A stretch of 64,000 nt of DNA from an uncultured Verrucomicrobia subdivision 3 bacterium (GTDB lineage Bacteria; Verrucomicrobiota; Verrucomicrobiia; Limisphaerales; UBA11358). The position numbers were made by a program, and so were the translations under genes. Location: positions 10,755 through 74,754 of the forward strand of contig CAIQKM010000157.1 of assembly GCA_903872345.1 (NCBI GenBank), in the 5' to 3' direction. Below the pieces are notes generated by a model. It had not been told where the DNA came from. It saw only the letters and a list, made by a program, of their open reading frames with translations, and made no database searches. Below are positions 9,938 through 19,168 of the stretch, in pieces (position 1 is the first letter of the stretch; each line of letters opens with the position of its first letter).

Positions 9938-11914
9938 ATGCGTTCTCATAACTGGCCGGCGGTCGGAGCGGTCATCTTGATGTTGCTGATCCCGGTCGGT
10001 CGGGCGGATGTTGTGTTGCCCGGCGTCATTGGCGACCACATGGTTTTGCAACAGGGGCGCAAAGCGGTCATCTGGGGCAAGGCGTCGCCGGGTGAAGCCA
10101 TCCGGGTGCGCGGCGACTGGCAGACCAAGGCGGTGGCCACTGTGGCGGGCGCCGATGGCCGGTGGCAGGTGAAACTGCCGGTGCCGGCCCCCGGCGGACC
10201 GCATACGATCAGCATCGCCGGGCGGAATGAAAGGGTGCTGCACGATGTGCTGGTGGGGGAGGTGTGGATTTGTTCCGGCCAATCGAACATGCAGATGCCG
10301 GTCGGCGATTATGGCGGCGGGTATAGCGGTGTGGATCACTGGCAACAGGAGTTGCAAAACGCGGATTTCCCCAACGTCCGTCTGTTTAACGTGCCAACCA
10401 GCTATGCCCGCACGCCTCAATTTGACGTCAACGCCAGTTGGAGCCCGTGCAACGCGGATACGGTCAAGGGATTTAGCGCGGCCGGATTTTTCTTCGGACG
10501 CGAGTTGCATAAACGACTGAATGTGCCCATTGGCCTGATTTGCGCCGCCGTGGGCGGCACGCCGGCGGAGGCGTGGACCAGCAAGGACACCTTGGCGACC
10601 CTGCCGGATTTTGCGCCGGACCTGAAATACCTGGCCGCTGACGCCGACCAGATCAAGGCGCTGGCCGAAGAGCGGGCGATGATCCTGTCCCGCTGGGCCG
10701 CCGAGGCGGAGACGGCGGATGGCGGTCCGGCCGGAGCCGCGCCGGGACGGGAGGATGCGGATTGGGGCAGCCTGCCAAATCCGGGAGATTGGACGGGGGA
10801 ACTCAACAACTATGCCGGCTATGTCTGGTTGCGAAAAGCCTTTGATTTGCCGCCGAACTGGACGGGCCGGGATCTGACGCTGGAATTGCGTTCGGTGGAT
10901 GACATGGATTTCACCTATGTAAACGGCGTCAAGGTGGGGCAAACCGTGGGCGACAACACTTGGAATCTGCCGCGTGTTTACAAAGTTTCGAAGACATTGC
11001 TGCGACCCGGAAAGAATGTGATTGCGGTACGCGTGCTGAACACGGGCGGGGCCGGGGGTGTTGGCAGTCCGGCACAGATTCATCCGGAGGGTTCGACGGA
11101 GGCGATTTCGCTGGATCATGACTGGCAGTACCGGCGGGGGGCAAAATATGCCGAGTTGCCGCCGCTGCTGCTGCCACATGAGTTTAATGTGGATTCCCCC
11201 ACGGGCCTGTTTAATGCCATGCTGGCCCCGCTGATTCCGTTCGGCATTCGGGGCGCCCTTTGGTATCAGGGCGAGGCGAATGTGGGACGCGGCGAGCAGT
11301 ACACCCGCCTGTTTCCGGCCATGATCACGGACTGGCGGCGGCACTGGCAGGAGGGTGATTTTCCGTTTTATTACACCCAGATCGCGCCTTTCCATTATGG
11401 CGATCCCAATCAGGCGGGCCAGGCGGCGGCACTTCGCGAGGCGCAGCGACTCTCACTGAAAACGCCCGGCACGGGCATGGCGGTGATTATGGACAGCGAC
11501 AGCAATAATTTGCATCCCAAGGATAAACAGAAGGTCGGACACCGGCTGGCGCTGTGGGCGCGGGCGAAGACTTATGGCGAAAAGGGGCTGGTTTATACCG
11601 GCCCGATTTACAAAAAGATGAAAATCCAGGGTCGCTCGGTGCGGCTGTATTTCGACGGCGTTGGCAGCGGGCTGACGGACGGTGGCCAACCGCTGGAGCA
11701 TTTTGAAATCGCGGGGGCGGACCGGCAGTTTGTGCCGGCGCAGGCGGTGATTGAGGGGAATACCATCTTGGTTGCCAGTGCGGCGGTGAGCCGGCCGGTG
11801 GCGGTGCGTTACGCCTGGGGGGATGCGGATGAATCCTCGTTTGGCAACCGGGAAGGATTGCCGGCCTCGTCGTTTCGCACGGATGCGGCGGAATTTTTAA
11901 CTCAAAGCAGATGA
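9938..11914 (+). CDS. Sialate O-acetylesterase family protein (SASA/DUF303, SGNH-like)
   Basis: It has a signal peptide. VWICSGQSNMQMP (GQSNM block), GALWYQGEAN and FYYTQIAPF are present. The length and the central inserted beta-sandwich are typical of bacterial 9-O-acetylesterases. Confidence 0.85.
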   Translation: MRSHNWPAVGAVILMLLIPVGRADVVLPGVIGDHMVLQQGRKAVIWGKASPGEAIRVRGDWQTKAVATVAGADGRWQVKLPVPAPGGPHTISIAGRNERVLHDVLVGEVWICSGQSNMQMPVGDYGGGYSGVDHWQQELQNADFPNVRLFNVPTSYARTPQFDVNASWSPCNADTVKGFSAAGFFFGRELHKRLNVPIGLICAAVGGTPAEAWTSKDTLATLPDFAPDLKYLAADADQIKALAEERAMILSRWAAEAETADGGPAGAAPGREDADWGSLPNPGDWTGELNNYAGYVWLRKAFDLPPNWTGRDLTLELRSVDDMDFTYVNGVKVGQTVGDNTWNLPRVYKVSKTLLRPGKNVIAVRVLNTGGAGGVGSPAQIHPEGSTEAISLDHDWQYRRGAKYAELPPLLLPHEFNVDSPTGLFNAMLAPLIPFGIRGALWYQGEANVGRGEQYTRLFPAMITDWRRHWQEGDFPFYYTQIAPFHYGDPNQAGQAAALREAQRLSLKTPGTGMAVIMDSDSNNLHPKDKQKVGHRLALWARAKTYGEKGLVYTGPIYKKMKIQGRSVRLYFDGVGSGLTDGGQPLEHFEIAGADRQFVPAQAVIEGNTILVASAAVSRPVAVRYAWGDADESSFGNREGLPASSFRTDAAEFLTQSR

Positions 11915-11918
11915 TTGT

Positions 11919-14204
11919 ATGAATCCATTGTTGAATGACACAGGCAGGGCATTTTTTAAATTGCTTCGACCGCAAGTCTTCGGACTGGCCGCCGGACTGG
12001 TCAGCATGGCGGCCATGGCCGCTCTGGAGCCGGTGGATGAGGCTTTGCCGCTGGTGGGAACCGGCGGACACGGGCATACGTACCCCGGGGCAACGGTGCC
12101 GTTCGGCATGGTGCAATTGAGTCCCGACACGCGGACGGACGGGTGGGATGCCTGCTCGGGGTATCATTATTCGGATGCGACCATCATGGGATTCAGTCAC
12201 ACGCATCTTTCGGGCACGGGCTGCGCGGATCTGGCGGACATTCTGGTGATGCCGGTCACGGGCAAGCTGGCGGAGGGCGGGGATGCGCCGTTGAATTGCG
12301 AGGCGTACAAGTCCGGCTTCTCGCATGACAACGAACGGGCGGAACCGGGATTTTACCGGGTGCGGCTGGACAAATACGGGGTGCTGGCGGAACTGACGGC
12401 GACGGCCCGTGCGGGGATGCATCGCTACACGTTTCCAACCGCCGATGACAGCCATGTGCTGGTGGATCTCGTGCACGGGGTGGGCAACCAGCCGGTGACG
12501 GCGGCGCTGAACATTGAGAGTAGCACGATGATTAGCGGACACCGCTGCGGCATCGGCTGGGCATGGAACCGGGAGGTATATTTTGTGATTGAAGCATCCC
12601 AGCCGTTTACGGGTTCGGGGCTGGAATTGAACGGCAAAATGCTGCCGGCCAGCCAGACTGCGGCGGAGGGCAAAAGCGTCCGGGCGCATCTGGATTTCAA
12701 AACCCGGGCGGAGCAGCCGGTCATCCTGCGGGCCGGGCTTTCGCCGACGAGTGTCGCGGAGGCGAAGAAAAACCTGGCGGCGGAAATTTCGGGCTGGGAC
12801 TTTGACGCGGTCCGCGCGGCGGCGCGCAACGACTGGAACGGCCAGCTCGGGCGCATCCGCATCGAATCTTCGAATCCGGCGACTCGCCAGACGTTTTACT
12901 CGGCGCTGTATCACGTGATGACGGCGCCGACACTGTACAGTGATGCGGACGGTTCGTATCGCGGGCCGGACCGGAAGGATTATCCGGGCGCGGGATTTCA
13001 AAACTATTCCACGATGTCGCTCTGGGACACGTTCCGGGCGGAGCATCCGCTGCTGACGGTGATCGAGCCGGAGCGCGTGAATGATTTCGTCCAAAGCATG
13101 CTGGCTTTTTACCAGCATTCACCCGATCACGCGCTGCCAATGTGGCCGCTGGCGAACACGGAGACCTGGTGCATGATCGGCTATCATGCCGTGCCGGTGA
13201 TCTGGGATGCGTATGCGAAGGGGTTTCGCGGGTTTGATGCCGCCTTGGCGTTGCAGGCGATGCGGGACACGGCGATGTCCGGCCGGACGCACCAGGACGA
13301 ATACCAGCGGCTGGGCTACGTTCCCTTCAAGGAACCGGGCAAGGGGAATGAAGCGGCCTCCCGTACCCTGGAATTTTCCTTTGACGACTGGTGCATCGGG
13401 CAAATGGCGGCGGCGCTGGGCCGCACGAACGACGCGGCTCTCTTTGCGAGCCGGGCGCAAAACTTCCGGAACGTCTTTGATCCGCAGGCGGGGTTCTTCC
13501 GGGGCCGGAGCGAGGCGGGCACGTTCAATCCGGCGTTCAATCCCAAGGCGATTTCGTTTGATGATTTTACGGAAGCCAATGCGTGGCAATATGCGTTCGC
13601 CGTGTTTCATGATGTTCCAGGCATGATTGAACTTTATGGCGGACGGGAGCGTTTTGTCGCCAAGCTGGACGAGCTGTTTAACCAGGACTCGGACATGGCG
13701 AATCCGATCAGTGATGTGACGGGGATTGTGGGCCAGTACGCGCATGGCAACGAGCCGTGCCATCACGTGGCGTACCTGTACGCCCTGGCGGGGGCGCAAT
13801 ACAAGACCGCGCGGCGGGTGCGGGACATCATGCTCACGCAATATGACAACACGCCGGAAGGGATATGCGGCAATGACGATTGCGGCCAGATGTCGGCGTG
13901 GTATGTGTGGAGCGCGGTCGGGCTGTATCCGCTGAATCCGGCCAATGGGATTTATGTGATCGGCAGTCCGCTGGTGGAAAAGGCGACGGTGAAACTCGAT
14001 TCCAAGTTTTATCCGGGCGGCACGTTTACCGTTATTGCGCATAACGCCTCGAAACAGAATACCTACGTGCAGTCGGCGAAGTTGAACGGCCAGCCGTTGA
14101 ACCGGCCGTGGATCACGCACGATGAAATGGTGCATGGCGGCACGTTGGAATTGGAGATGGATCTCCGCCCGAACCTGAACTGGGGAACGGGAGGTAATCC
14201 GTGA
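11919..14204 (+). CDS. GH92 alpha-mannosidase
   Basis: GTGGHGHTYPGATVPFGMVQLSPDT, GFSHTHLSGTG, GMHRYTF, YAHGNEPCHHVAYLY and GNDDCGQMSAWYVWSAVGLYP are GH92 signature blocks. Confidence 0.9.
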   Translation: MNPLLNDTGRAFFKLLRPQVFGLAAGLVSMAAMAALEPVDEALPLVGTGGHGHTYPGATVPFGMVQLSPDTRTDGWDACSGYHYSDATIMGFSHTHLSGTGCADLADILVMPVTGKLAEGGDAPLNCEAYKSGFSHDNERAEPGFYRVRLDKYGVLAELTATARAGMHRYTFPTADDSHVLVDLVHGVGNQPVTAALNIESSTMISGHRCGIGWAWNREVYFVIEASQPFTGSGLELNGKMLPASQTAAEGKSVRAHLDFKTRAEQPVILRAGLSPTSVAEAKKNLAAEISGWDFDAVRAAARNDWNGQLGRIRIESSNPATRQTFYSALYHVMTAPTLYSDADGSYRGPDRKDYPGAGFQNYSTMSLWDTFRAEHPLLTVIEPERVNDFVQSMLAFYQHSPDHALPMWPLANTETWCMIGYHAVPVIWDAYAKGFRGFDAALALQAMRDTAMSGRTHQDEYQRLGYVPFKEPGKGNEAASRTLEFSFDDWCIGQMAAALGRTNDAALFASRAQNFRNVFDPQAGFFRGRSEAGTFNPAFNPKAISFDDFTEANAWQYAFAVFHDVPGMIELYGGRERFVAKLDELFNQDSDMANPISDVTGIVGQYAHGNEPCHHVAYLYALAGAQYKTARRVRDIMLTQYDNTPEGICGNDDCGQMSAWYVWSAVGLYPLNPANGIYVIGSPLVEKATVKLDSKFYPGGTFTVIAHNASKQNTYVQSAKLNGQPLNRPWITHDEMVHGGTLELEMDLRPNLNWGTGGNP

Positions 14205-15412
14205 AGCCGGCGAATGGAGACGGCCAGCCGGTGGGTCCGGTGATTAACCGGCGCGATTTTCTTGCGCTGGGCGGAGCGGCGTTATCGTTGGCGGCCGCCG
14301 GCGGGTTGCCAGCGAAGGCCGAAGAAACGAAGCCGGTTTCGCCGGGGCAACCGGGCTGGAAGGAGCTGCCGGTGCGGGCGTTTTTGCTGTCGGCGCCGGA
14401 GACGAAGGATGTGGCGCTGGCGTGCCAATTTATCCGGGAGGCATTGCCCAAGGAAGGGGTGAACACACTGGTGCTGCGGATCGAGTACCGGTACCAGTTC
14501 AAGAGTCATCCGGAATTGGCGGACTTTGATGCGCTGTCCCGCGACGATCTCCGGCAGATCAGCGAAGCGTGCAAGGCGGGCGGCATCAAACTCATCCCAT
14601 GCACGAATCTGTTTGCGCATCAGTCGGAGCAGGAGAAAATCCTGCCGCTGCTGGCGAAGTATCCGCAGTTTGACGAATCGCCCGAATACAATCCGCCGCA
14701 TCCGTGGGTGAATGGCGGGGCGTTTGATTTTTACACCAAGAGCGTCTGTCCGCAGCATCCCGATCTTTACAAAGTGATACTGCCGCTGGTGGACGAGCTG
14801 ATGGAAGCCTGCGAGGCGGATGCGTTTCACGCGGGCTTTGACGAGGTGTGGGTCATTGGCCATCCGCAATGTCCGCGTTGCGGCGGGAAGGATCCGGCGG
14901 AACTGTTTGCCCGGCACGCGACGCGGTTGCGGGATCATCTGGCCGAAAAGAACGGCCGGCTGTGGATCTGGAGCGACCGGCTGCTGGATGGCAAAACGAG
15001 CAACCTGCTGGCGTGGCAGGCCAGCATGAACAACACGTGGCGCGCGATTGATTTGATTCCGCAGGACATCCTCATTTGCGACTGGAAGTACGAGGACGCG
15101 CCGCCGACGCCGGCGTATTTTGCCATCAAGGGTTTTGACGTGCTGGCCTCGCCCTGCGACAAGGCGGACGTGGCTTTGGCCCAGCTCGAAATGGTTTACC
15201 TGATCCGGCAAAACGGCGGCCGGGCGGACTTTTCCAAAACCCTGGCGGCGCGCATGCAGGGCATGTTTGCCACCTCGTGGCTGGATGCGGGCAAATTCAT
15301 CCGGGCGTATTACGGGACAGAGGAGAACGAAGGGACGAAGAACGCCGGCGCTTTCAAGGCGTTGTTTGCGGAAATCCGGCGGAATCGTCCGGGGAAAAGC
15401 GCCGGAGCCTGA
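14201..15412 (+). CDS. TAT-signal TIM-barrel-type glycoside hydrolase, GH20-like (family assignment tentative)
   Basis: The GTG start overlaps the GH92 stop (GTGA at 14201..14204). The twin-arginine signal is INRRDFLALGGAALSLAAAGG. DAFHAGFDEVW resembles the H-x-G-G-D-E catalytic block of GH20 hexosaminidases. The CDS is confident but the family is not. Confidence 0.7.
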   Translation: MKPANGDGQPVGPVINRRDFLALGGAALSLAAAGGLPAKAEETKPVSPGQPGWKELPVRAFLLSAPETKDVALACQFIREALPKEGVNTLVLRIEYRYQFKSHPELADFDALSRDDLRQISEACKAGGIKLIPCTNLFAHQSEQEKILPLLAKYPQFDESPEYNPPHPWVNGGAFDFYTKSVCPQHPDLYKVILPLVDELMEACEADAFHAGFDEVWVIGHPQCPRCGGKDPAELFARHATRLRDHLAEKNGRLWIWSDRLLDGKTSNLLAWQASMNNTWRAIDLIPQDILICDWKYEDAPPTPAYFAIKGFDVLASPCDKADVALAQLEMVYLIRQNGGRADFSKTLAARMQGMFATSWLDAGKFIRAYYGTEENEGTKNAGAFKALFAEIRRNRPGKSAGA

Positions 15413-15430
15413 GCGGTCCCGGTGCGCCGG

Positions 15431-16129
15431 TCATTTGCGGCCGAGGTATTTCAACGTGGCCTCGGTGCGGGACTGGACGTGGAGTTTTTCGTAGATGATG
15501 CGCTGGTGATGTTTCACCGTGTTGAGGGCGATGCCGAGCTGATCGGCGATTTCCTTGTAGAGATAGCCGCGGGCGAGCAGGGCGAGAATCTCCTGTTCGC
15601 GCTGGGTGAGCATGGCGGTTTCGGACCGGGGCTCCTTGATTTCGTGAAAATAGGCGACGACCTTGCGGGCGATTTGCATGGACATGGGCGCGCCGCCGGA
15701 ATGGACTTCGTGAATCGCCTGGATCAGTTCTTCCGCCGGCATTTCTTTGAGCAAATAGCCGTTGGCGCCGGCGCGCAGGCAGTTGAAGATGAGGTCGGAT
15801 TCCTGGTAGGTGGTGAGAATCAGGACGCGCAGTTCGGGAATGACGGCCTTGAGTTTGGCGACACATTCAAAACCGCTCATGCCGGGGAGTTTGATGTCCA
15901 CGACGACGACGTCGGGCGACTGGCCGGGAACAATTCCCTGCACGGCCGCCTCGCCGGAGGCGTAGGCGTGGAGCAGGCGCAGGCGCGGTTCGCTGTTCAG
16001 CAGGGCGACGAGGCTTTGGCGCGTGCCGAGATTGTCTTCGACGATGGAGACGGAGATGGGCATCGGCCTAATGCTGTCCGCCGGCAAAATGGCAGGCAAG
16101 CAAATTGCGGGCGGAGCGGGCGGATTCAT
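15431..16129 (-). CDS. NarL/FixJ-family response regulator
   Basis: VSIVEDN, PDVVVVDIKLPGMSG, ILTTY and GYLLK, plus the LuxR HTH LTQREQEILALLARGYLYKEIADQLGIALNTVKHHQRIIYEKLHV. The start ATG overlaps the stop of the upstream kinase (ATGA at 16126..16129). An alternative start is MPISV at 16063. Confidence 0.9.
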   Translation of the reverse strand: MNPPAPPAICLPAILPADSIRPMPISVSIVEDNLGTRQSLVALLNSEPRLRLLHAYASGEAAVQGIVPGQSPDVVVVDIKLPGMSGFECVAKLKAVIPELRVLILTTYQESDLIFNCLRAGANGYLLKEMPAEELIQAIHEVHSGGAPMSMQIARKVVAYFHEIKEPRSETAMLTQREQEILALLARGYLYKEIADQLGIALNTVKHHQRIIYEKLHVQSRTEATLKYLGRK

Positions 16130-19100
16130 GAATTTCCGGGTTTGGCGAGGATCAAGGTCACACGGGTGCCGGCGCCGGCCCGGCTTTCAATGGCGGACTG
16201 GCCGCCGATTTCAGCGAGGCGCTGTTTCATGTTGGGCAGGCCGTCGGCAAATTCGCGGTCGGGCGGGGAGTCAAAGCCGTGGCCGTTGTCTTCGATGACA
16301 ATGGTCAGGAGCCGGTCGGTGGCGGTGATGCGCAGCCAGACTTCGTTGGCCTCCGCATGGACGATGACGTTGTTCAGCGCCTCTTTCACGGCGAGAAACA
16401 GGTTGTGCCGCACTTCGGGGGAGACCGCCCAGGCGACCGGGTGGTCCGGCAGATCCACGCGGCAGCGGATGTCGGCCCGGGCCAGAAATTCGATGGCGAA
16501 CTGGCCGAGGTAATCAATCAGGTGCGGGAGCGTGTCGTTGCGCGGGTTGACGGCCCAGACGATTTCATCCAGCGACTTGATGATCTGCCGGGTGGCGGCG
16601 AGACCTTCCTGGCCCAAGCGGGTCACGGCGTCGGGTTGCGTACGCTGGCGCTGGGCCAGCTCAAAGAGCAGTTTGATCTGGGTGAGGCTGCCGCCGAGGT
16701 CATCGTGAATGTCCTTGGCGATGCGCGCGCGCTCTTTGTCCAACGCCGCCTGCTGCTCAAGCGTGTGCAACCGGGAATGGAGACGACGGAAGGAAACGTA
16801 TCGCACGATGGCAATGACACCGCCGGTGAAGAGGATGAGCATGGCGGTTCGGAACCACCACGACTGCCAAAAGAACGGGGCGACGGCCAGTTCGAGGGCA
16901 TGGGCTTCGCTCCATGGTCCGTCCCCGGTCCGGGCCCTGGCCTGGAAGGAGTAGATTCCGGGGGGAAGCCGCGAATAATTGGCCGTGCGTTGCGGCGCGG
17001 CGTCCACCCAGTTGTCATCAAAGCCGGCGAGCCGGTATTGGCAATGGATGTTTCCGGGCGTGCCGAAACTGAGCGTGGCAAATTCAAATTGGATCCGGTG
17101 ATGGCCGGGGGGCAAGGCCAGGGTGGCCGGCGGGCGGGAGAGGTCAACGGATTCCGGCACGGGGACAATGCCGCCATAGGAGCCGAGGATTTGGTCATCC
17201 ACCATGACCTGTTTCAACAGCACGGGGGGCGGTTGCAGGGATTCGCGCAGGTTGCGGAGGTTGACGACGACGAGAGCGGTGCGGGTGGGAAACCAGAGCC
17301 GGTCATCATGACTGCGCAGCACATTGGGCGATACGCCGAAGTTGGCCTGCAAACTGGGCAGGGCGTCGCCTTCGCCATACTTGATGGAAAGGACCCGTCC
17401 GGCGCGGCCATCGGCGACGTCATCCAATTCCTCCTGCCGCACCTTGAAGAGGCCGCGATCCGAGCCGAACCAGAGCCAGCCGTAGTGGTCAGGAATAATT
17501 TCGGACAGGTAGCCGTTATACAAACCCTGCGCGGTGGTGAGGCGGGAGAAGTGTCCGTTTTTGAGCCGGCCGAGACCCCAACTTGCGTAGCCGATCCAGA
17601 GGCTGCCATCGGGGGTGGCGGCGAGGCAGCGGATGGAGGCGTTCAGGTGGGTGAGGCTGGCGGTTTCATCGGTGAGGCCGCCGTTATGAATCCGGAATAG
17701 CAGGCCTTTGGAGGTGCCGATCCAGATGTCGTTCGCGGCGTCCGCCGTGAAGGCCCGGGCGACGCCGGCTCCGGGCGGCAGGGGATAATTTTGGAATTGG
17801 CCGCCGTGAAGGCATTGCACCAGGTTGGGGTCTTCTTCGGCGATCCATAAATCGTTGCTGGCATCGGTCAGCAGACCGAGAACGACATGGCCGGGGAAGC
17901 CGTTGGTGCCGCGCCAGGTCGAATAGTTTCCGTCGCGCAGGCGGTGGAGCGCATGGCTTTGGGTGCCGATCCAGACGGTGCCATCGGCGCCGGCGGTCAC
18001 GCAGCCGGCCCGCCCGCCCGGCCAGTTGGTTGCGGTTGATACCGGGTGCCAGCCATCGGCGGTCAGACAGGCCAGGACGCCATTCTGGGTCACGGCCCAA
18101 ATGGCATGGGCGGCATCTTCACAGACGGATTGCACGGTGCCAAACGCCAGGCCGGTGGAATCATTTTCCAAGGTGAAGGCGCGGGGTTGGATGCGGTCCA
18201 CGCCGCCTCCGCCGGTGCCGATCCACAGGCCGCCTTCGCGGTCCGACAGCAGGCTGGAGATGTAAGAATGTGACGTGTGGACGCTGGCAAAACCGGTGCC
18301 ATTGAAGCGGTACAGGCCGCTGGCGGCCGTGCCTATCCAGACGGCACCGGCCTGGTCTTCGAGCATGGTTGTGGGGGATTCAAGCTGGCAGGTGCCGGCG
18401 GATTGCAGCCGGCCGGAGTCATCGCATTTGAGCAATTCCTGGCCGGTGCAAACCCAGACGCCGCCGCTGGCGGCTCCGGTCAGACGGGGGCTGTGGACGA
18501 GGGACTTGGCGAGGGTGAGGAAGTGGCCGTCTTGGAAGCGGCCGATTTGACCGTCCTTGGCAAACCAGATGCGGCCCTGGCGGTCCCGGGCGAGGGTGCC
18601 GTCAAACCGGACGGGCAGGCCATCCGCTTCGCGGAACCGGGTCACCTGACCTTGCCGGATGCGGCAGACCGCGCCGCCATGATACGCGAGCCAGATGGCG
18701 CCTTCGCCGTCCTCGACCATTTCCTGCACGATGTAATCCGGCAGCCCGTTGGTGAAAATTTCCGCCGGGCCGGTGGTGAGTCGGACGACGGGGCCGTGCA
18801 CCATCGCCAGCCAGAGGCCGCCCCGGGAATCCTCCAGCAAAGTGCTGATCCGGGCGGTATAGCCGGAGTAATTGGGCAGCACGCTTTTGGAGGTGAACTC
18901 CTGGAAGTGGCTGCCGTCAAAACGCGCAACATGGCCGGCCGTGGCCACCCAAAGGTAGCCGTCGGCGGACTGGGCGATACTGGTGACGTTGTTATTGGGC
19001 AGGCCGTCATCAGACTGCCAGGAACGGACCAGCCAGTCGGAAGTGTCCAAGGCCGCCTGACCGCTGCCGGCCAGGAACAGGTACACGCCGGCCCAAAGCC

Positions 19101-19164
19101 AGGGGCGGAGCAACCTGATTGCCCGGCCCCGGGGGAGCCGCCTTGTTTGTTGCAGGTTGGCCAT
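16126..19164 (-). CDS. Sensor histidine kinase with periplasmic beta-propeller repeats + Y_Y_Y domain, HisKA_3 + HATPase_c
   Basis: It has an N-terminal TM helix and many DG.LW[IV][GA]T blade repeats. The Y_Y_Y block is HCQYRLAGFDDNWVDAAPQRTANYSRLPPGIYSFQARA, followed by the TM helix WWFRTAMLILFTGGVIAIV. The H-box is RARIAKDIHDDLGGSL, and the ATPase boxes are EALNNVIVH and IEDNGHGF. I chose ATG 19164 (MANLQQ) because the ORF start at 19242 would overlap the GH2 gene by 74 nt. Confidence 0.88.
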   Translation of the reverse strand: MANLQQTRRLPRGRAIRLLRPWLWAGVYLFLAGSGQAALDTSDWLVRSWQSDDGLPNNNVTSIAQSADGYLWVATAGHVARFDGSHFQEFTSKSVLPNYSGYTARISTLLEDSRGGLWLAMVHGPVVRLTTGPAEIFTNGLPDYIVQEMVEDGEGAIWLAYHGGAVCRIRQGQVTRFREADGLPVRFDGTLARDRQGRIWFAKDGQIGRFQDGHFLTLAKSLVHSPRLTGAASGGVWVCTGQELLKCDDSGRLQSAGTCQLESPTTMLEDQAGAVWIGTAASGLYRFNGTGFASVHTSHSYISSLLSDREGGLWIGTGGGGVDRIQPRAFTLENDSTGLAFGTVQSVCEDAAHAIWAVTQNGVLACLTADGWHPVSTATNWPGGRAGCVTAGADGTVWIGTQSHALHRLRDGNYSTWRGTNGFPGHVVLGLLTDASNDLWIAEEDPNLVQCLHGGQFQNYPLPPGAGVARAFTADAANDIWIGTSKGLLFRIHNGGLTDETASLTHLNASIRCLAATPDGSLWIGYASWGLGRLKNGHFSRLTTAQGLYNGYLSEIIPDHYGWLWFGSDRGLFKVRQEELDDVADGRAGRVLSIKYGEGDALPSLQANFGVSPNVLRSHDDRLWFPTRTALVVVNLRNLRESLQPPPVLLKQVMVDDQILGSYGGIVPVPESVDLSRPPATLALPPGHHRIQFEFATLSFGTPGNIHCQYRLAGFDDNWVDAAPQRTANYSRLPPGIYSFQARARTGDGPWSEAHALELAVAPFFWQSWWFRTAMLILFTGGVIAIVRYVSFRRLHSRLHTLEQQAALDKERARIAKDIHDDLGGSLTQIKLLFELAQRQRTQPDAVTRLGQEGLAATRQIIKSLDEIVWAVNPRNDTLPHLIDYLGQFAIEFLARADIRCRVDLPDHPVAWAVSPEVRHNLFLAVKEALNNVIVHAEANEVWLRITATDRLLTIVIEDNGHGFDSPPDREFADGLPNMKQRLAEIGGQSAIESRAGAGTRVTLILAKPGNS

Positions 19165-19168
19165 GGCT

